DNA of 64,000 nucleotides from Cyanophora paradoxa CCMP329. Taxonomy: Eukaryota > Plantae > Glaucophyta. The DNA lies in assembly GCA_004431415.1 (NCBI GenBank), contig QPMI01000100.1:186001-250000 (forward strand), in the 5' to 3' direction. Below, one piece after another: positions 55,205 to 64,000 of this stretch; positions within the stretch are counted from its first letter, which is position 1, and each line of letters opens with the position of its first letter. A program made the position numbers and the translations under genes. The notes beneath the pieces are model-generated. The model saw only the letters and a list, made by a program, of their open reading frames with translations. It made no database searches and had not been told where the DNA came from.

Positions 55205-56761
55205 ATGCCTCTCAAAATAGTCCTAAGTCTGTCAGGGGGAGGTGCAAGGGGCATTATCATAACCAGGCTGCTCAAAGAAATCGAAAATCGAACTGGCAGG
55301 AGAATAATCGATCTTGTGGATCTTGTGAGTGGAACTTCCACTGGTGGGATCATTGCAATAGGTTTGAATATCAGGCATCCTGATAACCCAGGTGAACCTA
55401 AACTGACAGCAAACGATTTACACAATATTTACCTAACTCAACTGCCCTTGATTTTTGCAAATCCTCGAAATATAATCGAAAATGCCCTTTTTAATACAAA
55501 GTATGATGTCGGACCCTTGGAGACTGCAATCAATTCAGTTACTGGTGAATCGCTAATACAGGATTCCCTAAAGGACATTGTGATTACATCCTTTGATACT
55601 CAGAATATGAAACCAATATTTATCACAAATGATAACAATTACAGCTTTCTGCCTTGTAAGATTGCTGCTAGGGCTACTTCTGCTGCTCCTACATATTTCT
55701 CTCCTGTAAGCATTGTTGATTTCAATCAGGGGGTATTTGTCTGTCTCATTGATGGTGCCATTTCGGGAAACAATAATCCCAGTGTGTGTGGTTACAGCCA
55801 TGCAAAGAAGATTTACAGTGATGATGATGATATTATAGTAATAAGTATCTCTTGTGGTGAGGTGGACCCACATTTAGAGTCTGATTATGTGGGTTATGCT
55901 TATGAGACTGTAAACAGCTGGGGCATTCTCTCATGGATTGCCTCAACAGATGGAAGCCCATTGATTAACATGCTCATGGCTGCAAGTGAGCTTTCTGCCC
56001 TTGATAAGATGGAGGAGTTGTTACCCTACAACTATGATCAGGATTATGGGAGATACTATAGGTTATCAGTCCCTCTTCCAAATCACATAGTAAGCTCCCT
56101 TGATGACACTTCTAAGATCCCAGATATGCTAGCATTCACTGAAACATACATTGCAGCAAACAATGATATGATTAATAAGCTTTGCAGCCTACTAGTAGCA
56201 AACTATGAACTAAAGAACCCTACAAAGGCTTACATCTCATCCACTCTCACAGAGTCACCTCCTTTAGATGCTAATTGGTATCAGCTTGCAGATGATGCCT
56301 TTACTGCATCATCCTCTGTGACAGGTAAAGAGCCTTTCATGGCTAGACCTTCAGCATTTGGCTGGGAAGCTGGAGCCTATGCTCCTGAGCAGATATGGGA
56401 AACCCCCACTGAATACCTTCAAGTTGCTTTCCCATATACTTTTGAACTCTCTTCTGTGATTGCCTATGGATCAGGGGACACCAATGCTTTTATTAAGACT
56501 TTCAATGTGGCAACATCCACTGATGGGATCAACTGGTCTTTTATTCGATCAGATGGGCAAAACAAAATATATGTCTGTGAGAACATTAACAATGCTCACA
56601 ACTCAGGTGATATGGCTCTATTGAGTGGGTTCCCTCTCAGCATCAAGGATGCTTTTTACATAGGTTATTCTCTGAGAATCAAGTATATTCGCATTTATCC
56701 CCTTGTGTATGTGAATGCTCCCACAATGAGAGTTGACTTTACAGGTGCCTTTATTCGATAA
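55205..56761 (+). CDS. Patatin-like phospholipase-discoidin fusion (element C)
   Basis: Same motifs as 29221..30756. Confidence 0.9.
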   Translation: MPLKIVLSLSGGGARGIIITRLLKEIENRTGRRIIDLVDLVSGTSTGGIIAIGLNIRHPDNPGEPKLTANDLHNIYLTQLPLIFANPRNIIENALFNTKYDVGPLETAINSVTGESLIQDSLKDIVITSFDTQNMKPIFITNDNNYSFLPCKIAARATSAAPTYFSPVSIVDFNQGVFVCLIDGAISGNNNPSVCGYSHAKKIYSDDDDIIVISISCGEVDPHLESDYVGYAYETVNSWGILSWIASTDGSPLINMLMAASELSALDKMEELLPYNYDQDYGRYYRLSVPLPNHIVSSLDDTSKIPDMLAFTETYIAANNDMINKLCSLLVANYELKNPTKAYISSTLTESPPLDANWYQLADDAFTASSSVTGKEPFMARPSAFGWEAGAYAPEQIWETPTEYLQVAFPYTFELSSVIAYGSGDTNAFIKTFNVATSTDGINWSFIRSDGQNKIYVCENINNAHNSGDMALLSGFPLSIKDAFYIGYSLRIKYIRIYPLVYVNAPTMRVDFTGAFIR

Positions 56762-57683
56762 ACTCCAACTGAAACGAATTATCGATTCCATTCATATCAA
56801 TCAGTTCACCAAAGTAATCTTTAAACTCAACTGTGAGTTCCCTTATCACCAGGTTTCTGTCATTGATTTGAATAAATTCTGCATGCTCACCACTATGGTA
56901 AACATAGCCACCTATATCTTTACTCAATTGCAATCTTAGGATAGCTCCCTGGTTTTGTGGTTGCGATTTCGGAATTATATTGTGTCTGCTGGCAAAGGGG
57001 ACCAGCTCTTTAATATGCATGTACAGATATTGCTCAGCATTCATATCAGACATCTTATTACTGGTGAAATAATACTGCAAGGGCTTTGAGGAGAGTCTGG
57101 GTCCTGAGAAGGTGATTCCCCATGCTGGGTGATCAGGTGTAATAGGTTTGCCATCATACTTTAAAAGGTTCTCAGGTCGATAGGGAGATCCACCAGCAGG
57201 AGGAGTGCTATAATAACCATTGGTGTATTCAGTAGAACTCACACCCAAAAGCTTCCCTATTCGCTTGTTGCTTGCAATAAAACGGAACTCATGGTTACTG
57301 TAAAACTCCACTTTATAGGTAGTTGGATTGTAGAATATCTTGAACTCAAAAAACACAGTTTTATCTGCAATGGTTTTGAAGCTTGAATAGTTCAGCCCAT
57401 AATTATAGGGATGTGTGACCCCAAAATGACCCTGGTTAATGTAGCCACTGGGAAGGGGATACACTTTCTGTGTGATGATTTCATTGTATGAACCATCTTG
57501 GTAGTTAAACTGAACTGTTAAATGATCAGTCCCCACACTGTTATAGATACTGTTTGGAATCTCTGCATATAGAACCCTGCATTCTCTTGGTCTCTCTACT
57601 GGAGTTGTGAGGGTGACCCTGTAAGAGTTTTCAGATTCCCCTTGGCTTCTATCCCTGCTATCAATATTAACAAGCCGGTTCAT
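56751..57683 (-). CDS. Minor capsid (penton) protein 1, element C
   Basis: VNIDSRDR...AEIPN...YLYMHIKEL...LTVEFKDYFGELIDMNG...FQLEF. Confidence 0.78.
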   Translation of the reverse strand: MNRLVNIDSRDRSQGESENSYRVTLTTPVERPRECRVLYAEIPNSIYNSVGTDHLTVQFNYQDGSYNEIITQKVYPLPSGYINQGHFGVTHPYNYGLNYSSFKTIADKTVFFEFKIFYNPTTYKVEFYSNHEFRFIASNKRIGKLLGVSSTEYTNGYYSTPPAGGSPYRPENLLKYDGKPITPDHPAWGITFSGPRLSSKPLQYYFTSNKMSDMNAEQYLYMHIKELVPFASRHNIIPKSQPQNQGAILRLQLSKDIGGYVYHSGEHAEFIQINDRNLVIRELTVEFKDYFGELIDMNGIDNSFQLEFIE

Positions 57684-57712
57684 TTTAATATATGAATATA
57701 GATAAAAGAAGA

Positions 57713-58723
57713 ATGCCTGTGGATTACATCGAGGTTAGCTCATTTAATACAATCTCTGGTGATGGTCCCACATCAAGCTTTGTGGCTAGACTCCCAAGTT
57801 CTTATGAGAATGTGAGGGCTGTGAGACTGGTATCAGCCGAATTTTATAACAGCATCCCTATGGTGAGTGGTGAAACCAAAGTTGGAGATGTGACAGTTGA
57901 CAATGCATTTAGCATTTATTATTCTGAACAAACTCCTGGAGCTGGAAGCTCAGGAATTCCAACAGTTCGCCCAGCTGCTGACTATGAACAATGGAAACAA
58001 TTCATTATAAGTCGAAGCACCCCCATCCAAAGCCACCAACAACTGGTGAATGTAATTAACTCTAAATTCGAAGGCAGAAATCCCCAACCATCCATTCGCT
58101 GCAAATGGGATGAATCACTGAAACGAATTATATTCCACTCAGCAGTACCATTTTACTTGGCTTTCTCAGTAGCTGTGAACCCAAGCCAACAAACAATCCA
58201 AAAGCTGTTGAGTTCAGCTAGACTGCTGGGTCTTGATCCTGGAAGATATGGTAACTCCCCAATCCAATCACAGGTCTATGATGCTCTCACTGATGGAATC
58301 TTTACTGGTGGTCGAGTGAATGGCATTATATCTTCTTTTGAGCCTGAGAAGACCAGGGACAGTGTTTTGTTTGTGAGAGTAAAGGAGCTGGGTGATCTGG
58401 TGCAATGTGGGGATGGTCTTCTGACTGGTTACTTCCATAAAATAGTGGTCCCTGACAAAGATTATGGTGAGCATGTAGTTTACAATTCGACAGAGGCTCA
58501 TCCACTTTACAAATACTATAATAAGAAGGTTGGATTATCCACTTTCTCGGTTGATATTGTAAATGCTATTAATGAACCAATTGATTTTGAGGGTCAACCT
58601 GTTCATCTGACCTTTGAAATTCGCTATGGTGATGAGCCAGCAGGAGACCCAGTTTATGAATACTTTAAGATGCGAATGTCACAGCTTCACCCTTCCTATC
58701 CAGTAATTACAAGCTTCGCATAA
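57713..58723 (+). CDS. Minor capsid (penton) protein 2, element C
   Basis: LPSSYENVRAVRLVSAEF...IDFEG...LTFEI; start inferred from the B orthologue. Confidence 0.75.
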   Translation: MPVDYIEVSSFNTISGDGPTSSFVARLPSSYENVRAVRLVSAEFYNSIPMVSGETKVGDVTVDNAFSIYYSEQTPGAGSSGIPTVRPAADYEQWKQFIISRSTPIQSHQQLVNVINSKFEGRNPQPSIRCKWDESLKRIIFHSAVPFYLAFSVAVNPSQQTIQKLLSSARLLGLDPGRYGNSPIQSQVYDALTDGIFTGGRVNGIISSFEPEKTRDSVLFVRVKELGDLVQCGDGLLTGYFHKIVVPDKDYGEHVVYNSTEAHPLYKYYNKKVGLSTFSVDIVNAINEPIDFEGQPVHLTFEIRYGDEPAGDPVYEYFKMRMSQLHPSYPVITSFA

Positions 58724-58776
58724 ATTAAGGATCATTGGTAGATTTTTTATGTTGCAGTATAATAAAAGAGATAATC

Positions 58777-60144
58777 ATGGATATCACTTCCACTCTTCAA
58801 AGACTTTCGCTGAAAGAAGCCCTAACAACCCCAGAGGAGGCGAAAGCCTTTTTCCTGGATAACTCCCTTATGCTTGGACTCGAATCCAAGTCTAAGCCAG
58901 TTCTAGTTGTTGTGAATCCCAGCAATACTTTTGAGAATAATGTTGGAAATCGCATTTCCTTCAAGCTACCTCGCTACAATTTCTGTGGAAAACTCGAACT
59001 TGCTTTCGACCTTCCAGCTATTACGTTTGCTGGTGATACTGACCTAGTTCGCAATGGATACACTCGCCCTGTTGGTGCTTTAGTTCAGCGACTTGAAATT
59101 ACCTATGGATCTTACACCTACCATATCCCCTCTGATTTCCTTGCTCATTTCCCCCTGGTCTATTATTCGGAGGATCAACTAGCTAAAAAGAAGCGATCAA
59201 TGGGCATGGTTCATGGTATCCCTGCTCATGGAACCAACCGACTTGGTGGCTCATTTTTCGTTGAGATCCCAGTGCCTTGGCTAAATCACTATCTTCCCCT
59301 TGGTGCTTTATCTGGTGAAATGGTTGTTACTGTTTGGTTTAAGGATGCTGAGAAGGGTTATGTTGAAACTTCCTATGGTGGTCGTGAACTCACAACTGCT
59401 GTTGGAACAGTTGATGCAACTGCCGATGATGGTCTTGGAAACTTCACAGATGGAACCCTTGCCCATGTTGGTCAAAACATCACCACTTTCAGTCTTGGTG
59501 CAACAACCCCTGGTATTACAATTACCTCTCCTCGCCTTTACATGCATGCTTTTAATGTTTCTGATGAGCTTGTCGCTACTGTTATTGAAAAAGTAAAGAC
59601 TACTGGCATGGCTATTCCTGCTCTAGACATTGGGTTTGTTGATGCTAGTGCTTTCCCTGCCAAGGGCAATGCCCAACCCAATCGAATTAACCTCTCTCAA
59701 ATCTCTGGACTGGTTTATGCTCTGCTTGTTTCAGTTCGTGATAATGCAACTGTTGATAAATCCACAGGCTCCCACAGTGTTCTTAAGACCTATGCCAACT
59801 CCAAAGAGATAACATTCACAACTGAAATAAATGGACAGCGACTTTTTGCCACTGAGCCAATTTCCCTACTCAAAGGTGCTGAGCTAATTGCTGATGCCTT
59901 CAAATGCTCTAACATGGATAAGGTTGCTGATCGCTATGTCCTTTCAGGATTGCCTTTCTGCCTTGATGGAGAAAAGGCGATTCGAAATATTGCCCAGTCT
60001 GGTTATGTTGATTTAACAAATTCCTCCTCTTCATTCCTCACCCTCTACATGCCTTCAGATAAGGTAATCGATGTTAATGTTCGCGCTCTCATGCATAGCT
60101 TTATTATTGTCGACAAAGACGGATTAAGGCGTATCAATCTTTAG
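58777..60144 (+). CDS. Double jelly-roll major capsid protein, element C
   Basis: GNRISFKLPR, LVQRLEI and YLPLGALSGEMVVTVWF motifs; likely start MDITS. Confidence 0.82.
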   Translation: MDITSTLQRLSLKEALTTPEEAKAFFLDNSLMLGLESKSKPVLVVVNPSNTFENNVGNRISFKLPRYNFCGKLELAFDLPAITFAGDTDLVRNGYTRPVGALVQRLEITYGSYTYHIPSDFLAHFPLVYYSEDQLAKKKRSMGMVHGIPAHGTNRLGGSFFVEIPVPWLNHYLPLGALSGEMVVTVWFKDAEKGYVETSYGGRELTTAVGTVDATADDGLGNFTDGTLAHVGQNITTFSLGATTPGITITSPRLYMHAFNVSDELVATVIEKVKTTGMAIPALDIGFVDASAFPAKGNAQPNRINLSQISGLVYALLVSVRDNATVDKSTGSHSVLKTYANSKEITFTTEINGQRLFATEPISLLKGAELIADAFKCSNMDKVADRYVLSGLPFCLDGEKAIRNIAQSGYVDLTNSSSSFLTLYMPSDKVIDVNVRALMHSFIIVDKDGLRRINL

Positions 60145-60255
60145 AGTCTACAGTGAAGATTGTATGTATTCATTGGAGTTTTCTGCAAAAACTGATTTCG
60201 TTTTATCTTCTTCTCATCATTTAAAGAGAAGTCATATTTAGAATATAAAAGCAAT

Positions 60256-61197
60256 ATGCTGCCTCTTACAACTTCAGATTTCATTGAGCGAAGCAAGGGT
60301 AAGTATGGAGACAAATTTGGGTATGAGAAAACAGAATACAAAAATGCAAAAACAGTTCTAACAGTTACCTGTAACACTTGCCAAAAAGATTTCACATCTT
60401 ATCCTCACCACCATCTAAAGGGTAATGGAGGTTGTAAGAGTTGCAAAAGTGATCTCTACCATAACCTATTTGTAAAGCCAGTCGAGAAGTTCATAGAAGA
60501 AGCTCAAGTAATTCATGGTGACAAGTACGATTATTCACAGGTAAAGCAAAATTACAAAAATGCGAAAGTGAAGGTAGCAATTACATGTAAGGGTTGTGGA
60601 AATGTGTTTCAGCAAGAGCCATATTCACATCTTAGAGGTCGAGGTTGTCGAAAATGTGGTCATCAGGAAAAGGGTGCAAAGCTGAGGAGCAATACTCTGG
60701 AATTCATCTCAAAAGCAAAGAGCATCCATGGAGACAAGTATGATTATAGTCAAGTTGAATATATAAACAAGTTTAGCATTGTCAAATTGAAATGCAACAT
60801 TTGCTTGAATGAATTCCAACAGGAAGCAAGAGTTCATTTAATGGGAAGTGGCTGCATTGCTTGCAAAGCTTCTAAAGGAGAGAATGCAATTGCTTCCATC
60901 CTCAATAATATTGGCTTAGAGTACGAAAGAGAGTATTCCTTCAAGGACTGCAAGGCTCTAAGAGTTCTCCCTTTCGATTTCTATATGCCTGCATTGAAAA
61001 TAGCTATTGAATATGATGGAAAACAACACTTTGAACCTGTTGAATACTTTGGAGGGGAACAGGATTTTGAGAAACGAAAACTAAAAGATGCTATTAAAAC
61101 TAGATACTGTGAAGCCAACAACATATTACTCCTAAGAATCCCATATACTGAAACAGATATAGAGGGCTGCATTAAACATTTCTTATCTAACCTGTAA
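60256..61197 (+). CDS. Putative homing endonuclease: three zinc-ribbon repeats plus a PD-(D/E)xK (Vsr/DUF559-like) nuclease
   Basis: Repeated (H)GDKYDYS...CxxC...HLxGxGCxxC; LPFDFY...IAIEYDGKQHF. Confidence 0.8.
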   Translation: MLPLTTSDFIERSKGKYGDKFGYEKTEYKNAKTVLTVTCNTCQKDFTSYPHHHLKGNGGCKSCKSDLYHNLFVKPVEKFIEEAQVIHGDKYDYSQVKQNYKNAKVKVAITCKGCGNVFQQEPYSHLRGRGCRKCGHQEKGAKLRSNTLEFISKAKSIHGDKYDYSQVEYINKFSIVKLKCNICLNEFQQEARVHLMGSGCIACKASKGENAIASILNNIGLEYEREYSFKDCKALRVLPFDFYMPALKIAIEYDGKQHFEPVEYFGGEQDFEKRKLKDAIKTRYCEANNILLLRIPYTETDIEGCIKHFLSNL

Positions 61198-61250
61198 ACC
61201 ATATTCAGTCTCCCAGCATTATTTTTATCTGTCTCTTTATAGAGAGAACC

Positions 61251-62033
61251 ATGAACGATTTGGAAGAGTTTAATGCTGGTGAAATGATAGAACCACCATT
61301 CCGGGTTCTAGCAATCGGTAAATCCGCTACTGGTAAATCAGAAGCTGTGAAGTATTGGTTGAAGCAGTTGCATGATGCCAAAAAGATTGATGTTGTATTA
61401 GTTGTGAGTGGGACCAGCTTCAATCATTTTTGGGATAAGGTAGCAACATTGCAACTGGGAAAGTGGGATGCTCCTTACATTGCTAAATTGCTAGATGAGA
61501 GGCAAGAGAAAATAGAAAAGGGTGAACCTGTTAACCAATTGTGTGTGGTTCTAGATGATTTAATCGATAATGAGATAGTCGATCTCACAAGGGATAAAAT
61601 AATCGGATCTCTGTATTCCAGAGGTCGCCATTCGAAAATATCCATTATCTGCATCACACAAAAGCTAAGGAAAGTCTCTTCGACTATTCGAGTTAATTCG
61701 GACTATGCAATGTTTCTAAGTGCTGCAAATCGCAAAGAACTTGAAGCCATAGAGGAAGAATACAATATAATGCGAAATAAAGAGGATTTTTACAAGATGT
61801 TTGAAGAGTATGTTCACTCCTATCAGTATATCATTTGGTCCTCTGCAAACTACTCAGTTAAATACTATGTAGATAAAGCTGAGCTTGTGAAAGATTTCCC
61901 ATTTCCTCGCTTCCACAGGAAGCCAAAAAAGAAAGAAGATGAACTGAAACCACCAGAAAAAGAGGAAGCCCCTAAAGAAGTGAAAAGCCAAGTCCATAGC
62001 AATAAATTGATGCGATATAAACGCGGTTTATAA
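61251..62033 (+). CDS. A32-like (FtsK/HerA) genome-packaging ATPase
   Basis: Walker A GKSATGKS, Walker B CVVLDD, SRGRH and ITQ...IRVN motifs. Confidence 0.9.
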   Translation: MNDLEEFNAGEMIEPPFRVLAIGKSATGKSEAVKYWLKQLHDAKKIDVVLVVSGTSFNHFWDKVATLQLGKWDAPYIAKLLDERQEKIEKGEPVNQLCVVLDDLIDNEIVDLTRDKIIGSLYSRGRHSKISIICITQKLRKVSSTIRVNSDYAMFLSAANRKELEAIEEEYNIMRNKEDFYKMFEEYVHSYQYIIWSSANYSVKYYVDKAELVKDFPFPRFHRKPKKKEDELKPPEKEEAPKEVKSQVHSNKLMRYKRGL

Positions 62034-62061
62034 AATTATCTCTCATTCTAATAAAGATACA

Positions 62062-62796
62062 ATGCCTCCCAAACGAAAGATAGGGATCCCAGCTGGGGCT
62101 GTTGGCTATTCAGGTGGTGGAAACAGTGGTTCTATTAACACAGACCCACTTAAATTCAATGGCATGAATGAGGTGAAGCCCTCACAACAACAAGAAGACC
62201 CCCTCAATGCTGCCTATGAGGAATCATTCGATGACAAAGCCCCACAGGCTTCAACCAGTGACCAACTCAATATATCACCAGAAGCCTCAAAAATGAAAGC
62301 TGTTGCTGAGGGTGCCAGGCGAATTATTGGTGCTGCTGATGATAAAGGTTTAGGCTTGCAAGATCTGTCATTGGCTCGCAAAGGTGAAGGTCTAAGTAAA
62401 GAATCAGACAAGGTTATTCAGTCTATGGCTGGTGAAGTCACATACAAGACTGCTCCCACTCAGAATGTTCATCGAATTCCCAAGGCTCAATGGGATGAGA
62501 TGACTGCTAAACTCAAAGATCTGGAAGCCAAATCCAGTGCTTTGGAGCAGTATGTTACTGAGAAGAAAGAGAGAGCCAAGCTAAAGGAGATGCTTCGAAA
62601 GGAAGTTTATAAAATGGGTATCACTGGTGTCCCAGATAAACAGTTTATTGCTAAGAAAGAGAACCAAATCGATGAGCAGGCAGTAGATGAAATGAAAACA
62701 AAGACCCAAAAGGGAACCATTGAACCTGGTGCCACCAAAGCTGAAGTAGAAAAGGGAGTAGCCTCAGCAGTATATAAAAGACGAGTTTGGCTTTAA
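62062..62796 (+). CDS. Hypothetical charged/coiled-coil protein
   Basis: 244-aa ATG ORF in tight gene spacing. Confidence 0.65.
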   Translation: MPPKRKIGIPAGAVGYSGGGNSGSINTDPLKFNGMNEVKPSQQQEDPLNAAYEESFDDKAPQASTSDQLNISPEASKMKAVAEGARRIIGAADDKGLGLQDLSLARKGEGLSKESDKVIQSMAGEVTYKTAPTQNVHRIPKAQWDEMTAKLKDLEAKSSALEQYVTEKKERAKLKEMLRKEVYKMGITGVPDKQFIAKKENQIDEQAVDEMKTKTQKGTIEPGATKAEVEKGVASAVYKRRVWL

Positions 62797-62818
62797 TTAT
62801 CTCTGTTTTATTAGAGAT

Positions 62819-63091
62819 ATGGACATAATACGAAAGTTCTTCGAGATGTTCAGTCTGCATGTGGTGAGCAATTGCCACAGTGGATGTTGTGAGACAACAG
62901 TGGAGTTTGAGATGTCAGATAATGAGGATAATGCCTCAGAAGCAAGAGAGAGAAGGAGGTCTACAGTTTCTGTGGAGTCAATGCCAGCAGACCCCACAGA
63001 GTATACATATGAGCAACAGGAGTATCCAAGGAGAAGTTCTCTGCCAGCAGAAAACGTTTTCTCTGGGAATATAAATGGAGGATACTATTAG
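62819..63091 (+). CDS. Hypothetical 90-aa protein
   Basis: ATG ORF in tight spacing; CHSGCC motif. Confidence 0.5.
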   Translation: MDIIRKFFEMFSLHVVSNCHSGCCETTVEFEMSDNEDNASEARERRRSTVSVESMPADPTEYTYEQQEYPRRSSLPAENVFSGNINGGYY

Positions 63092-63320
63092 TTTAATCGA
63101 GTTTACCAGTGATGAACCTGTTACTGAAGGTTCTATAAGACACATTCTAGCAATGCAGAAACGATATAGAGAGGACCCAGCATATAGAGAGTATAAAAAG
63201 CAGCAAGCCCTGGCATCCTATTATCGCAGAAAAGCCCGAAAAGAAGAGCAGAGACCCAGAGGAAGACCGATTAAATATTATTTGCCAACTGAAAGTAGCA
63301 ATGGACCCCCAGGTCTATAA
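63075..63320 (+). CDS. Small basic protein with an AT-hook-like RPRGRP
   Basis: Paralogue of 63474..63800. Confidence 0.55.
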   Translation: MEDTISLIEFTSDEPVTEGSIRHILAMQKRYREDPAYREYKKQQALASYYRRKARKEEQRPRGRPIKYYLPTESSNGPPGL

Positions 63321-63473
63321 GAAAATTGAGAAAAAGCGGTCTCAGTATGCTACTGAGGCAGCTATAAAAGTTTACAGACAGGAACTGGTGTTCGCAACAA
63401 AAAATGACTTAAGGAAAAAGTAGATAGGTTGTATTGAGGAAAAATTATTTTCGTATCTACTATTAAAAGGGAA

Positions 63474-63800
63474 ATGCCGAATATCCGCAAGATACTCACA
63501 GATGATGAAAAAGCAGAGAAGCTGAGACTGAAAAGGGAGCAAGATGCCCAAAGAAAACGCGAAGCCTATCATAAAAAGAAGGAGGAACGATTATCCCAAG
63601 GAGCCGCTACAGTTCACACACCAGAAGAACTCAAAAAGATTGCCCTCAGACACCAGAGGAAATACAGGGAAAATGAAGAATATCGCGAACAGAAAAAGGC
63701 GAAAGCGCTGGAATACTACCACAAGAAAAAAGACGAACTACCCAAGACAACCAAAGAGCATAAACCGGTTGGAAGACCTCGGAAATATATCGAAGAATAA
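63474..63800 (+). CDS. Small basic protein with an AT-hook-like GRPRK
   Basis: YRE.EEYREQKKAKALEYYHKKK...GRPRKY. Confidence 0.55.
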   Translation: MPNIRKILTDDEKAEKLRLKREQDAQRKREAYHKKKEERLSQGAATVHTPEELKKIALRHQRKYRENEEYREQKKAKALEYYHKKKDELPKTTKEHKPVGRPRKYIEE

Positions 63801-64000
63801 ATTCTCGATCGAAACAAATTTTGTAGAAATCGATTTGATCGGAGGCAAACAAATGACAGCTTTCTTCCCTCTTTTTTAAAACTGTACCTATATATCGAGA
63901 CAGTATCCCGACCCAAAACTACTTAAGGACTTGGCAAATAATAGGATATATATAAAAGACAATTCCTCCTTCCGAAATTATTTTCTTCGTTAAAGGTAGA

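Larger units (their letters stand above)
45804..64000. mobile_element. Endogenous Polinton-like virus C nested in B; continues beyond the window
   Basis: Terminal hairpin homologous to A's, synteny with A, and intact ORFs for fibre, patatin, pentons, MCP and ATPase. Confidence 0.88.

Noticed and set aside
63322-63329. AAAATTGA mimivirus-type early promoter
   Set aside because: Isolated match ~145 bp from the next ATG in AT-rich DNA; compatible with chance.
15589-64000. Bacteriophage/prophage or giant-virus interpretation
   Set aside because: No terminase, portal or HK97 capsid and no NCLDV core replication or transcription genes. The double jelly-roll MCP, pentons, A32 ATPase and rve integrase in compact repeated modules fit PLVs.

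Overview
The first ~15.6 kb is very GC-rich eukaryotic (protist-like) host DNA. It is made of repeated, internally deleted fragments of an intron-containing rotatin-like gene, interleaved with other duplicated pieces. From 15589 to the end, the DNA is AT-rich and gene-dense, and is best read as three related endogenous Polinton-like viruses (PLVs) nested inside one another. Element A (15589-~30755) interrupts the host repeat. Element B (~30755-45803, with an rve integrase) starts right at the end of A's patatin gene. Element C (45804 to beyond 64000) cuts off the last residues of B's major capsid gene. B and C show the full structural block: fibre genes, a patatin-discoidin fusion, two divergent pentons and a double jelly-roll MCP (then a packaging ATPase in C). 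A shows the fibre genes and patatin before it is interrupted. A and C begin with a homologous 28-29 bp stem hairpin whose arms have diverged by compensatory change. Each is followed by element-specific inverted iteron arrays and an S-adenosylmethionine decarboxylase gene. A 1.95-kb GC-rich mobile element with mixed Helitron/TIR features interrupts A's fibre gene. No DNA polymerase or helicase gene and no right-hand terminus is visible; they would lie downstream of the window. All family assignments come from motif recognition by eye, not from database searches.
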